A stretch of DNA of 64,000 nucleotides from a virus (IMGVR_UViG_2684623176_000004:1-64000); one strand, 5' to 3'; counted from the first letter of the stretch, positions 19,178 through 29,042 are shown. The notes: generated by a model from the letters alone, not told the origin. Made by a program: numbers and translations.

Positions 19178-19390
19178 CTAATCTATTTTTGTGAATCTCT
19201 TAATCTTTTTGCCATCAATAATCACTTTTCCAAAGAATATTTCTTTAGGTCTTGCCCAAAGAACACCGTCTTGGTCTTCATATGTAACCAGCTTTTCTTC
19301 TGTTTCAGTGTGAATGACCTCTCCAATAACCTTGTAAATGCCACCTTTATAGTGTTTATAATGACATCCGATAAAATCAAATGTGTCTAT
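19178..19390 (-). CDS. DUF1653-like protein, ATA start
   Basis: YKHYKGGIYKV...HTETEEKLVTY....LWARPKEIF...RF; AGGAGG 8 nt upstream of ATA; not in the ORF track. Confidence 0.75.
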   Translation of the reverse strand: MDTFDFIGCHYKHYKGGIYKVIGEVIHTETEEKLVTYEDQDGVLWARPKEIFFGKVIIDGKKIKRFTKID

Positions 19391-19403
19391 GTAGCTTTCC
19401 TCC

Positions 19404-19595
19404 TTAAACTTCCTCTAAATGCAACACAAGAACATTTTTATATGGATCTAATTGAATTTCATTACTTGTTTCTTCACCATCAATCCTGAATTTAATTAGC
19501 GTATCTCCATTAAAATCAAGTTGGTCTTGCAACGCTTTAATTACATCACTAACTTTAGGATTAATTAATTTCCCATTGATCTCATCATAAGCCAT
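19404..19595 (-). CDS. Hypothetical protein
   Basis: ORF with RBS. Confidence 0.55.
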   Translation of the reverse strand: MAYDEINGKLINPKVSDVIKALQDQLDFNGDTLIKFRIDGEETSNEIQLDPYKNVLVLHLEEV

Positions 19596-19631
19596 TACGT
19601 CTTCCCCCCTTATCCCTTTAAAATCATCCTT

Positions 19632-19985
19632 TTAATGTAATGAATAAATTCCAGGTTCGCCGATGTCGCCCCCTAATGAATTAAGTGCTTTAAATTCTAA
19701 TTTAACTGCCAAGTCTCCATCTGTATTAAATTTAATTTTATCTACGTTCACCTTGACCACTTTTATTTCTCCCTCATAGCTTGTCAATTTCATTTTCAAT
19801 GGGTCTGTATGTGTTCCGTCTAAACCAAACACTTTAAAAGCTAATGAATCCTTACCAGTGTTTATTATGATTTTGTCCTCATCCTCAACAGCTTCAATGT
19901 TCTGGCAGTGAAGGACAATTTTCGTTTCCTTCGGTAAATAATTATTAAATTTTTCTTTATAAACAGAGACTTCTTTTAAAATCAT
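19632..19985 (-). CDS. Hypothetical protein
   Basis: ORF with RBS; bracketed by two perfect junction palindromes. Confidence 0.6.
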   Translation of the reverse strand: MILKEVSVYKEKFNNYLPKETKIVLHCQNIEAVEDEDKIIINTGKDSLAFKVFGLDGTHTDPLKMKLTSYEGEIKVVKVNVDKIKFNTDGDLAVKLEFKALNSLGGDIGEPGIYSLH

Positions 19986-20034
19986 ATCTGACTCTCCTTT
20001 TGCAAAATTGGTTTAAAATAAAACTTTTAACCGA

Positions 20035-20337
20035 TTAAACAAGAACTCCGTTCCAGTCATTAAATTCTTCAATATCCTCGTTCTTTTCCTTCTGTCGCAA
20101 TTCATCTGCTTCTACTTTTCCAATAATTTTTTTAACTTGTTCAATTAGACTCCATTTTCTTAAACCTGTGTATATGATTAACCCCGGAACTTCAGTGCCT
20201 GCAGCTAATGGATTTTTCGTAATAAAATCCTTAACCTCCCATTCTAAAATGTGCCATCGTAAAACTTCCCCTTCTTTAACGGATAATTTAATTTCATATG
20301 TACCTCTAGCCGTTGTAATCTTCTTTGTTAATTCCAT
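20035..20337 (-). CDS. Hypothetical protein
   Basis: GGAGG RBS. Confidence 0.6.
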   Translation of the reverse strand: MELTKKITTARGTYEIKLSVKEGEVLRWHILEWEVKDFITKNPLAAGTEVPGLIIYTGLRKWSLIEQVKKIIGKVEADELRQKEKNEDIEEFNDWNGVLV

Positions 20338-20381
20338 AACATCACCCTCCATGTATTTAAGTTCATGTGAATTTCTCCTCG

Positions 20382-20729
20382 TTAGATAAACAGTGTGCTC
20401 ACATACAGAACGATCAACGCAAAAGCTGAATACAGTAAAGACTTTCCTGCTTTCTTGAAGATGTTTTCGTTTTTGTCTTGGTCTGACTGTTTTACACCTT
20501 TGACAAATATATTGAGTAACACACCGATAACAAATGCATGAGGTAAAGTGACATGAACATTTTGAATATTGTATGTATCAATAAGCAATGGATTTAGCAC
20601 AAGATTCAATCCGTAATAAACAACTAGTGACATAGTCAATGCTTCAACAAAAATGAGTAACCCAACTACAATTAGAGAACCTGATCCGATAAAGAAACCG
20701 TTCCAAATATCTTTTGCATCCTTATTCAA
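20382..20729 (-). CDS. Membrane protein (YosE-like)
   Basis: TTG after AAGGAG; three hydrophobic segments. Confidence 0.6.
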   Translation of the reverse strand: MNKDAKDIWNGFFIGSGSLIVVGLLIFVEALTMSLVVYYGLNLVLNPLLIDTYNIQNVHVTLPHAFVIGVLLNIFVKGVKQSDQDKNENIFKKAGKSLLYSAFALIVLYVSTLFI

Positions 20730-20743
20730 TAAATATCTCTCCT

Positions 20744-21151
20744 TTAATCTTTTTGAGCTAGCCTCTTCCACCAGGAAGTTTTACGTTTTTCTTCTTGCTG
20801 TTTAAAGCGTTCATAATCTTGTTTAAGTTGCTGATTAAATTTCTCTATTTTTTCTTGTTTTTGAATTGCTTTTTCAAGGCTCTCTTTATCTTCAATCGTT
20901 TTAATTACCTTGTCAGTTTGGTATATCCATTCATTCCTTATATTCCGCTGCCTGTCTGTTACGACTACATATTCATTAAACCCAGGGATATAAACTTTAC
21001 CTCCGACTTCAATTGGGTCTAAGTCGATAACCCCTTCAAAAAATGACTGATATTCACATTGCTGCTCAATTGGAACAAGAGCATCACACAGGCCTAACCT
21101 CCAACTTTTCTTAACTATCTTCCCTTCAAATGTTGCTTTATGTCGCCCCAC
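20744..21151 (-). CDS. Hypothetical protein (YosD-like)
   Basis: AGGAGG RBS with GTG start. Confidence 0.6.
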   Translation of the reverse strand: MGRHKATFEGKIVKKSWRLGLCDALVPIEQQCEYQSFFEGVIDLDPIEVGGKVYIPGFNEYVVVTDRQRNIRNEWIYQTDKVIKTIEDKESLEKAIQKQEKIEKFNQQLKQDYERFKQQEEKRKTSWWKRLAQKD

Positions 21152-21163
21152 TTATTCACCTCC

Positions 21164-21484
21164 TTAAATGTAACTTCCTAATGTGTAATCTGAGATAATT
21201 CCCTCTTCAATTAAGTAGGACATAATTTCTTGGACTTTATCATGTATGATATGTGTAAATTCAAGTTTTTCTCTTGTATAAGCATTCATGTAGTACTGAT
21301 AATCATATGGCTGCAAACATCTTTCATTTAAAATATCAATTTCACCTTTGAGACTGTTTTTATGTATTGTTAAATTAAAAGTAATGTTAGGCTGAATTGA
21401 TTTTATGAAGTACCACTTTGATTTCAAGTGATCTGTAAAACCGATGTCCCTCATTTGTTTCTCTTCAAGTATGTGAAACCTCAT
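21164..21484 (-). CDS. Hypothetical protein
   Basis: ORF with RBS. Confidence 0.6.
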   Translation of the reverse strand: MRFHILEEKQMRDIGFTDHLKSKWYFIKSIQPNITFNLTIHKNSLKGEIDILNERCLQPYDYQYYMNAYTREKLEFTHIIHDKVQEIMSYLIEEGIISDYTLGSYI

Positions 21485-21606
21485 TTTTCTCCCTCATTGA
21501 TGATTTTCTTTAAGGCTTTTAAAAGCATGTTTAGTGATTTCTTGTCACCCATTTCATCCCGATTGACCTCAATAAAGCGAACTGCTGAAGTTAATTTATC
21601 CTGCAT
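21481..21606 (-). CDS. 41-aa hypothetical protein
   Basis: AAGGAG RBS; ATGA overlap with the next gene. Confidence 0.5.
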   Translation of the reverse strand: MQDKLTSAVRFIEVNRDEMGDKKSLNMLLKALKKIINEGEK

Positions 21607-21639
21607 TTCAGTTGCTCCTTTCACGTTAAAAATTGAATT

Positions 21640-22113
21640 TTAACCTAATCTCTCCAAGATAATTTTAAGATAATCTTTGAAGTCGATAGCTAAAGCTTCC
21701 TCACCGTTTACACGTTTCTCATCTCTTACACCAAAAAACCATCTATCACCTACCCACTGGCTTGCAGTTATATTATTTCTCCCGAACACATCATGGCCTT
21801 TGAAAGGATTTGCCTCTTCTATTTTCTCTAACATAGACCTTATGTCTGTGAAATACTTAGAACGTTTTTTAAATGCATAGAAGCCAGATTTTGTGGGGTT
21901 TTTCACCACTTCATCTTTAAAGAGGTCATATGCTTCTGTTCCTGCACGAACCCCGAAATACTCAGAATGATAAAACGAAAAACCATCCTTGATTCCGTAT
22001 GTTGCTTCGAATTCATCAAAGAATTTGTTAATATCTTCTCTTCGTTTCTTCTCAGTTTTATACCAATCGCTTTCTTGCTTAATCTCGTATATTGGTGCAT
22101 CTAATGTTTCCAT
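21640..22113 (-). CDS. Hypothetical protein
   Basis: ORF with AAGGAG RBS. Confidence 0.65.
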   Translation of the reverse strand: METLDAPIYEIKQESDWYKTEKKRREDINKFFDEFEATYGIKDGFSFYHSEYFGVRAGTEAYDLFKDEVVKNPTKSGFYAFKKRSKYFTDIRSMLEKIEEANPFKGHDVFGRNNITASQWVGDRWFFGVRDEKRVNGEEALAIDFKDYLKIILERLG

Positions 22114-22191
22114 GCTCTATGCTCCTTTTTTGTTTATCACCTAAAGACATTATTTGTTTTGATTTGTCGTATACTGCGCTTGCCCGGGAAA

Positions 22192-22389
22192 TTATGAATA
22201 TTTACGTTGATTATAATTTCCCTCTAACTCTTCATATGTAGCCCTAAATGGAGATGCAACTTCTTTCTCACCAACTTGTAAATACTTAAATCCAGTTACA
22301 TATCCTTTCTTATAAACCTTCTCAACATAAACTGTTTCGTTGGCATCCAGCTTGTTATCCCAGTAACCGTTTAATCTTGATCTAGTCAT
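22192..22389 (-). CDS. Hypothetical protein
   Basis: ORF abutting the upstream gene. Confidence 0.55.
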   Translation of the reverse strand: MTRSRLNGYWDNKLDANETVYVEKVYKKGYVTGFKYLQVGEKEVASPFRATYEELEGNYNQRKYS

Positions 22390-22620
22390 TTACAGCTCCT
22401 CTTTGTATTCGTATGCCTCTTGAACTGCATTAAAGTCTTCTTTATCTAAAACATCCTTTGCTACTTGGCACCAATATCCTAAATCACTAACCGCTTCAAC
22501 TAATTCATTAATTGCTTGATCCTGAGTAATTGGTTTTGAATCCAATATCCAGTCTCCATTCACAGTTCTTTCTAACGTATGAGCACCTTTTTTATGTAAA
22601 CAAACTTTTAATTTATCCAT
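22390..22620 (-). CDS. Hypothetical protein
   Basis: ORF with GGGGAG RBS. Confidence 0.55.
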   Translation of the reverse strand: MDKLKVCLHKKGAHTLERTVNGDWILDSKPITQDQAINELVEAVSDLGYWCQVAKDVLDKEDFNAVQEAYEYKEEL

Positions 22621-22666
22621 TTAGCATCTCCCCACTCTCGATAAAAGGAATATTTTATTTTCATTC

Positions 22667-22852
22667 TTAAAATAACTGCAAGTAATACAATGTCTTTTCT
22701 AATTTCATGTCTTTGCAATTCTCAATGCATTCTTTCTTGATTGCTTCTCCGCATTCTTTATGTACCGGGAATTCCTTGTATTCTTTGTTGTCAGTTATTC
22801 TTATGTAATAAACAATCTCGCCAATGTGATCCTTGCATTTAACACACTCCAA
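22667..22852 (-). CDS. Small Cys-rich protein
   Basis: CxxC...HxxC; first gene after a promoter. Confidence 0.55.
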   Translation of the reverse strand: MECVKCKDHIGEIVYYIRITDNKEYKEFPVHKECGEAIKKECIENCKDMKLEKTLYYLQLF

Positions 22853-22878
22853 TGCATCACCTCAATTCTTATATTTCT

Positions 22879-22930
22879 AATATACTCGCATTCTCCCAAA
22901 CAATCAATAACTATTTTATTTTTATTCTTA
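22879..22930 (-). promoter_or_regulatory. SigA-type promoter with SPbeta repeated element
   Basis: GAATAAAAATAAAATA followed by TTGATT-N17-TATATT. Confidence 0.65.
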
Positions 22931-23110
22931 AAAAGTTTCTTTTAACTTTCTTAGCTGTACTGTTGCAGCCAAAATATCCGAATCACACCTTTTCCATATA
23001 TGGTTATCCTCTGGCCTTAAATTGTTCTCTAAATAAACCCAAAGCTTATCTAATATCTCCTCAATCTCATCAACGTCATTATTAATAATATCCTTGGCAA
23101 TATCCCTAAT
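22928..23110 (-). CDS. 60-aa hypothetical protein, ATT start
   Basis: Open frame filling the gap between neighbours; GAGGT RBS; no ATG/GTG start and no TTG near the RBS. Confidence 0.5.
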   Translation of the reverse strand: MRDIAKDIINNDVDEIEEILDKLWVYLENNLRPEDNHIWKRCDSDILAATVQLRKLKETF

Positions 23111-23126
23111 TACTCCGATACCTCCT

Positions 23127-23354
23127 CTACGAGAATATGATTATAGGTTTCCCATTGTTATTCTTTATGTAAGGTGAATGTTTTCTTTGAAGGTAATTAG
23201 CCCCTCTTCCTTCACCAATACTAACGTTATAAACAGTGTTTACCTTATGTACGTCTAATGCCTTTCGTTTTGCCTCTTCTACAGATGTTGCTTCAATTAC
23301 CAAAGACGCGTTTTCGCCTTTGTGATCTTTACATCTAACATAGTACCTTTTCAA
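23127..23354 (-). CDS. Hypothetical protein (YorX-like)
   Basis: ORF; synteny. Confidence 0.55.
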   Translation of the reverse strand: MKRYYVRCKDHKGENASLVIEATSVEEAKRKALDVHKVNTVYNVSIGEGRGANYLQRKHSPYIKNNNGKPIIIFS

Positions 23355-23391
23355 TAAACATCCCTTTATCCTTTCTTTTTATCCTGTTGTA

Positions 23392-23619
23392 TTAATCCTC
23401 TTTTAGGTAAGACTTGAAAAACTCATCTAGGTTTGCAGCAATCGCTCCAGCAACTTCTGCATAATATGTTTGCCTCTTCTCTTCGGATCTTAAAAGTTCA
23501 ACTGCAGACTTAGCAATCGCTTTTATTTTCTCCTCGTCTAATTTTCCACTTCTTACTTCATCTTTAATTTTTTCGGCTTCCTCTTTTAAGCTTTCTGGAT
23601 AGTTCACTGTAGACTTCAC
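23392..23619 (-). CDS. Hypothetical protein
   Basis: ORF. Confidence 0.55.
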   Translation of the reverse strand: MKSTVNYPESLKEEAEKIKDEVRSGKLDEEKIKAIAKSAVELLRSEEKRQTYYAEVAGAIAANLDEFFKSYLKED

Positions 23620-23656
23620 CTCTTATATTTTATTTTTACTCTTTAAAAGACAAATT

Positions 23657-24442
23657 TTATACAGTTTGGAATACTTGCTGCTCATGCTCCTTAATCCATT
23701 CTAATGAACGTCCATAATATTGATCAGGATTGTCTTTATTCCATTCAAAACAAATGTAATTCCTATTTGTGTTTATACAGGCAATCGCTGCCGTTCCAGC
23801 TCCACTGCAATTATCTAAAACAGTGTCGCCTTCATTTGAATATGTTTTAATAATTTTTTCGTAAAGCTCTACGGGTTTTTGAGTTGGGTGAAACTTTCTG
23901 GGATCATCGTTATTCATTACAGGTATTCTCCAAACACTTGTTGGGTATCTGTCAGTTTGTCCGCCACCTGATATTCCTGATTTTGTTTCTCCGTAGTTTG
24001 TTCCATCACTCGTGTGCTTTGTATACGTATTTGCAGACTTATGCCCAGTTGTTTTCTGTGGATTATAAGTCGGTAATTTTTTATAAAAAACTAAGATTTC
24101 CTCATGTGATCTCAATGGCATTTTTTTAGCATTCAAAAAACCAGTGCTTTTATTTTTCTCCCATATTATATCGTATCTGTACATCTTAGGGTTGCTCGCA
24201 ATAAGCAATGAAGAAAAAGGTTTTACAGCTGTTAAAACAATTGCGCCATTGTCTTTAATAACCCTTTTGTATTGTTTCCATAGCTCATCCAAAGGCAAAA
24301 TTTCATCCCACTTATTTTGATTTGTTACACCATATGGTAGATCGCATATAATCAAATCAATTGTTTTATCTGGAACACGATTCATTCCTTTATTGTGTTC
24401 ATTACTTAAACAATTTTCATTGAAAAGCTTGTTCAACTCCAA
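23657..24442 (-). CDS. Orphan N4-C/N6-A DNA methyltransferase (beta class)
   Basis: DLPY, HPTQKP and LDNCSGAGT motifs. Confidence 0.88.
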   Translation of the reverse strand: MELNKLFNENCLSNEHNKGMNRVPDKTIDLIICDLPYGVTNQNKWDEILPLDELWKQYKRVIKDNGAIVLTAVKPFSSLLIASNPKMYRYDIIWEKNKSTGFLNAKKMPLRSHEEILVFYKKLPTYNPQKTTGHKSANTYTKHTSDGTNYGETKSGISGGGQTDRYPTSVWRIPVMNNDDPRKFHPTQKPVELYEKIIKTYSNEGDTVLDNCSGAGTAAIACINTNRNYICFEWNKDNPDQYYGRSLEWIKEHEQQVFQTV

Positions 24443-24485
24443 TAATCCAACTCCTTTTTCTCTTTAAATTGATCTTTTATTTAGA

Positions 24486-25037
24486 TCACCAACCGTAAAA
24501 TAATATCGTCTCTTTCTCAAAATCTATGGTTTTTAATAACCTGACCAGCTCAAAAATGCTGTATTCGTATTTCCAAGAAGATGTAAGCCATGAATCATTA
24601 ATATCCGTATTTAACGCCCATCCTCTTGTCCACTCAGATAAGTTGTTCTTGATATGTTGCTCTTGTTTTACTGAAGCAGTTCCATTTTTATCATCAATAA
24701 GTAAGTTCTCGTACATTGAAATGACTTTGTTTTTATAAATTTCAATAGCTTCTATAAGCCCTTCTTTACCAACAATATATGGAACATAATCCGATAGTTC
24801 ATTCATAACTTCTTCTTTTTCAAAGAGGGGGTGCCCCTTTGAATAAATACGGTCGGCTGTATCATCCCAATACAACTTCCCAAACTCCCAAATTTCTTCT
24901 TTAGGCAGATTACCGATATAGAAATAACCCTCTTCTCCTGTTAACTCGAACTTTTTGGACAATTCATCGTAGTTCATTGACTTTATTTCGTTTACAAGTT
25001 CCTTGCTTATTTTATACATATAATGTCTGTAACCCAT
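24486..25037 (-). CDS. Hypothetical protein between the MTase and the NARP1-like pair
   Basis: ORF with AAGGGGAG RBS. Confidence 0.65.
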   Translation of the reverse strand: MGYRHYMYKISKELVNEIKSMNYDELSKKFELTGEEGYFYIGNLPKEEIWEFGKLYWDDTADRIYSKGHPLFEKEEVMNELSDYVPYIVGKEGLIEAIEIYKNKVISMYENLLIDDKNGTASVKQEQHIKNNLSEWTRGWALNTDINDSWLTSSWKYEYSIFELVRLLKTIDFEKETILFYGW

Positions 25038-25074
25038 TACGGTCTCCCCTTTCTCTATAAAAGAGATATTTTAA

Positions 25075-26553
25075 TTAGTCATTGATTCTTTTTCTAATAT
25101 CTTGTAGAGATTGGTCTCTCACTAGCTTACCGTCGATAAATACGTCCTCCATTTGATCTTGATTTTTAAATTCAGAGTTATAAACTTGGATAGTTAACCC
25201 GTCAATGAGAGTAAGTTCATCGTTTTCACTGATAACAGCAACTCGACCCCGCTGACTTCGTTTTGTCCCGTCATCAGTCTTTGGATTCTTAAATAACATT
25301 CTTTCTTCCCCGTCAACGATGGCATGAGTAGCCTTTACGGCAAAACCAAATGTATCTCTAGTGTTGTATTGGTACGTATAGCTGCCAATTCCAAACACAA
25401 CATTTGTACTTGCAAAGCCCTTGGCTTCCAACCCCTCCACAATTCGCTCACAACGATCTAACGTAATTGAGTCTCCGTATATTGCTCCTATGTGCGAATC
25501 TAAGAGTTTGTAACCCTTCCTGGTCACAGTCCCTCCAAATATATCCCATAGACATTCGATTAATCCCTTACGTTCAAGTTCTGTTTCTCCATTAGGATCA
25601 CCAATCAAAATTAAAACGGGGTCTCCACTATCAGGGCGAATTACAACTTTCCCCTCTCGACTCATTACCTCTTTTTTAAGTTTAGGGAGATATTCTCCAA
25701 TTACTTTCCAAAAATCCCAGGTGTCAGATACCACACTAAAGAATCCGCTTGGATATACGCTGGTCATAAGATGTTTGAATAAATCAAACTCATTTTTATC
25801 TCCATAGGAGCACATGACTGAATGCTCAGTTGCACTTATTGACGAGCCCACTAGCTCTTTCTCTACATCTGCATCATAATATTCTTCTAAATATGTAATG
25901 GCAGGAATAGTGTCTGTGCCATTAAAGCTTAGTAAATGACCTGCTCCACTTGTTTGCGCGGATTCTAAAGACGACATTCCGCGCATTGAAAAATCATGTC
26001 CCTGAAATCTTACAGCTTCCGTATCTCCCACTGTTTTCAACGCATACTTGTCTAATATTTTTTTATACTGATATGCAATAGTTGCAGAAGTCATAGGCTG
26101 CCAAGTCTCTGTTGAGAGGATTGTCTCCAAATAATTTGTTAGCCAAAAGAACCTTTTATCTGTGTTTTCAATTGTTAAAAGTGGAACTCTCATGGGTACA
26201 CGAGAACCTTCTTTAAGTGCTCTAATCTTAATTGGCAAGTAGCCTAAATCATGTAGTTCTTCAATATGATTTGTATCAGGATTTTCTTTCCCAAGTGCAT
26301 TTTTAACAATTCTCATATACTCATTTACAATTTCCTGTTTAGGCCTTCTGAAGAAATGGTAATTAAAATACTCAATTAGATATTTTTTCACAAACCCCTG
26401 AACACCAAAAACAATAATTTTATTAGCTCTCGGAAAATATTTATTACTACGTGGAGTTAGAGTTGAATACACGCTTTCTGTTTTCTCAGGGTATTGTTCA
26501 CGATGGCTCAATTTATAAAAGTCAGCTAATAATGTTGCAGGTGTTTTTTTCAT
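25075..26553 (-). CDS. Nicotinamide phosphoribosyltransferase-family enzyme (NARP1 Namat-like)
   Basis: DFYKLSH, HDFSMRG, SATEHSVM, SDTWD, IRPDSGDP and IYGDSIT motifs. Confidence 0.9.
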   Translation of the reverse strand: MKKTPATLLADFYKLSHREQYPEKTESVYSTLTPRSNKYFPRANKIIVFGVQGFVKKYLIEYFNYHFFRRPKQEIVNEYMRIVKNALGKENPDTNHIEELHDLGYLPIKIRALKEGSRVPMRVPLLTIENTDKRFFWLTNYLETILSTETWQPMTSATIAYQYKKILDKYALKTVGDTEAVRFQGHDFSMRGMSSLESAQTSGAGHLLSFNGTDTIPAITYLEEYYDADVEKELVGSSISATEHSVMCSYGDKNEFDLFKHLMTSVYPSGFFSVVSDTWDFWKVIGEYLPKLKKEVMSREGKVVIRPDSGDPVLILIGDPNGETELERKGLIECLWDIFGGTVTRKGYKLLDSHIGAIYGDSITLDRCERIVEGLEAKGFASTNVVFGIGSYTYQYNTRDTFGFAVKATHAIVDGEERMLFKNPKTDDGTKRSQRGRVAVISENDELTLIDGLTIQVYNSEFKNQDQMEDVFIDGKLVRDQSLQDIRKRIND

Positions 26554-26599
26554 CGAATCGATCCTCTCTATCGTGTTATTAGGTTTGGTTTTTATTTGT

Positions 26600-27433
26600 T
26601 CAAATATTGTATACTTTTAGCTTTGACTCATATTTTTTATTTTCCCAATTGTTTTGTTCGGTTAAAATGCTATCTGTAGTGAAGACAGTGTCAATGTGAT
26701 TAAATAGTTCACCTTTGAAGATTGTGTTCTCTGCATGAGCTACTAATAAGAACACATTAGAAAAACCATGTTCACGTAATTTTTTTGAGCTATGGACAAA
26801 AGTACCGCCTCTGGATGAAAGGTCATCTACAATTATTACTTGGCGTCCATTCGCTCCCCTGATGTCTCCAACAAGCTCCAGCCCTTTTATTTCACCTGTT
26901 TCAAAATCTCTATGCTTGTGTCCTACAAGGACGTTTTTAGCTTTCATCCTACTGTATCTTTTACTTGCACCTGCATCTGGAAACATCAAATAATCTTTGT
27001 TCTCATCAAACCTCACAATTCTTTTAACTAAATTAATCAAATTAAAATTAATAAAATTTGGTTGCACTCTGTTTAAAAGTGCAGTCGTTACATCAGAATG
27101 TGGTTCGTATACTTCGATCTCTGAAAATCCTAATTCATTAATAAACTGGGCAACGTATTTCAGAGTAAATGGTGAACCGTTCTCACTCCTATCCATTCTG
27201 CTGTACGGCATATATGAAATACTCAAACTGGTAGTTTTAATTTTTAGTTGGTCTAAGTATCTTTTAACAAACATCAGTTTTATCAAGTCAGTATTATTTT
27301 CAAATTTAAAACCTACATTAGTAGCTGAATCCGAATTCGCCAGTACATCAATGCTTTTGTGATTTAAGTTTAATTCTCCATTTGGGAACTCTGTAAATTC
27401 AACTTTCTTTCCATTCACTGCAATCATCTTCAT
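26600..27433 (-). CDS. Ribose-phosphate pyrophosphokinase-family enzyme (NARP1 Adps-like)
   Basis: FPNGE, YMPYSRMDR, PDAGA.KR and IVDDLSSRGGTF motifs. Confidence 0.88.
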   Translation of the reverse strand: MKMIAVNGKKVEFTEFPNGELNLNHKSIDVLANSDSATNVGFKFENNTDLIKLMFVKRYLDQLKIKTTSLSISYMPYSRMDRSENGSPFTLKYVAQFINELGFSEIEVYEPHSDVTTALLNRVQPNFINFNLINLVKRIVRFDENKDYLMFPDAGASKRYSRMKAKNVLVGHKHRDFETGEIKGLELVGDIRGANGRQVIIVDDLSSRGGTFVHSSKKLREHGFSNVFLLVAHAENTIFKGELFNHIDTVFTTDSILTEQNNWENKKYESKLKVYNI

Positions 27434-27468
27434 TAATCCCCTTTCGTTTTATAGCCGTTTGTCTTGAG

Positions 27469-27966
27469 TTATCCAATCAAATGAATAATGCCTTCACCAA
27501 TTTCTTCACTATCCCATTGTTCTGTATCCCACGAATATGTATGTAATCCTACATCGCTCATTACTTCTCGGTATAACTCTAAGACCGGTTCAATATCACG
27601 ATCATTTATGTATTCATCACCACGTTCCCGTAAACGCTGCTTAATAACCTTGGCATCAGCATATAAGTAAATCACCTTGGCTTTATCTCTAATCTTCTTC
27701 TCGATTGTTCTTTGCTGCTCTTCCGTTAAGATTGAGTAATCCTTGAACTTCTTCGCATAAACCAAATTTGAATATATGTATCTATCAATAATTACATTGT
27801 CCTCATCGGCCAGCTTGTTAAAGTGTTCAAAAAGCTTCTCATTACCGCTCTTGGCCAATTCAAAGCTGGATCCCTTTAGCACCGGATAGCCGAGTTCTTT
27901 GCTTAGCTTATCTGCTACTGTTGATTTGTAGCAGCAGTCAGTGCCTTCTAAAATTATCATCGTCAT
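27469..27966 (-). CDS. yorR: Nucleotide kinase-like protein (YorR-like)
   Basis: EGTDCCYKST P-loop variant and IIDR motif. Confidence 0.8.
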   Translation of the reverse strand: MTMIILEGTDCCYKSTVADKLSKELGYPVLKGSSFELAKSGNEKLFEHFNKLADEDNVIIDRYIYSNLVYAKKFKDYSILTEEQQRTIEKKIRDKAKVIYLYADAKVIKQRLRERGDEYINDRDIEPVLELYREVMSDVGLHTYSWDTEQWDSEEIGEGIIHLIG

Positions 27967-28121
27967 TTATCTTCCACCCTTCTTACATTGCTAAAGCCAA
28001 TCACTCTATATGAGCCATCTGGATACTCAACTTCCAATTGCTCATATCCTTTATCAACTTGTGCAACAACACCAATCTCTCCTGTGAAACCTGCAATCAC
28101 CTTCTCTCCCTTTTTAAACAT
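27963..28121 (-). CDS. 52-aa SH3-like protein (YorQ-like)
   Basis: MFKKGEKV...; GGAGG RBS. Confidence 0.55.
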   Translation of the reverse strand: MFKKGEKVIAGFTGEIGVVAQVDKGYEQLEVEYPDGSYRVIGFSNVRRVEDK

Positions 28122-28125
28122 ACAA

Positions 28126-28329
28126 TTAACCTCCTTTAGCTGGATTTAATTCATGCTCCTTGAAGAATGTAATATCACCTGTTTCATCACTGACTGCGTA
28201 ATCATATGTAGCAGAGTGAAGCAACTCAATAATTTTCCCTTCCCGTCCCACATGATGAGGACAAGCGTTCTTTGCATTCTCATTTATGATGACTTTTAAC
28301 CCTTCTGGATAAGACCAAAACTTCGGTAA
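28126..28329 (-). CDS. yorP: YorP-like protein with an atypical TTA at the start position
   Basis: xPKFWSYPEGLKVIINENAKNACPHHVGREG...; AGGAGG RBS. Confidence 0.6.
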   Translation of the reverse strand, partial: LPKFWSYPEGLKVIINENAKNACPHHVGREGKIIELLHSATYDYAVSDETGDITFFKEHELNPAKGG

Positions 28330-28340
28330 TTAACCGCCTC

Positions 28341-29042
28341 CTAACTAATAATCGAGATTGTCCCATTTTGCTTGCCAAAATTAATTGCGTCACGCTCGGT
28401 TGCTACGAGCAAGTCCACTTTATTTCCAACAATTGCGCCTCCAGTATCAATTGCAATTGCCTTAAAAGTTTTCCCACCAATGCTTACTTCAACAATTGAA
28501 TTCAAAGGAATAATACTTGGATCAGTTGCTATAACACGATACCCTTTGTAATAGATTGATTGAGTGACATCAACACCTGTTCTGGTTGTCCCTGTACATC
28601 CTTCTTGGCAGTGTGCAATATAAGCACTTAGCTTAACTTGGATGGTTTTCTTTGTTGCCGGCAGTTTATTTTCTTTCTTATTTATTTTATTTTCACTCTT
28701 AAAAACTGTATGCTTTGCCGTCTCACCTCCTCTCATGTGCCTTTTCTTACTTTGCTTAGGTTTAATGAGTTTTGCTGAGATAATCTTCTCTGTATGCCTT
28801 TTTAATTGTTGTTCTTTGTTCGTTTGAGCTTTTTTAAATAGCCGTAAGACAATATTCTCACTTGATGGGATCCTAATCTGTCTAGGCTTCTTATAAAATG
28901 ATTCTTTTATTGAGTCTTCATTTCCCTCTGTTTTATGTAAATGCTGCTCATAACTTATATAAGAAAAAGTGGTTAAGGGTATTAAAATCATCATACCATA
29001 AACGGACTTGAAAATGTGTGATTTTATTTTATTTTTATTCAT
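28341..29042 (-). CDS. yorM: Membrane-anchored 3D-domain cell wall protein (YorM-like)
   Basis: SAY..C.GC.G.T, IATDP..IPL and DTGGAI.GN..D motifs. Confidence 0.82.
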   Translation of the reverse strand: MNKNKIKSHIFKSVYGMMILIPLTTFSYISYEQHLHKTEGNEDSIKESFYKKPRQIRIPSSENIVLRLFKKAQTNKEQQLKRHTEKIISAKLIKPKQSKKRHMRGGETAKHTVFKSENKINKKENKLPATKKTIQVKLSAYIAHCQEGCTGTTRTGVDVTQSIYYKGYRVIATDPSIIPLNSIVEVSIGGKTFKAIAIDTGGAIVGNKVDLLVATERDAINFGKQNGTISIIS

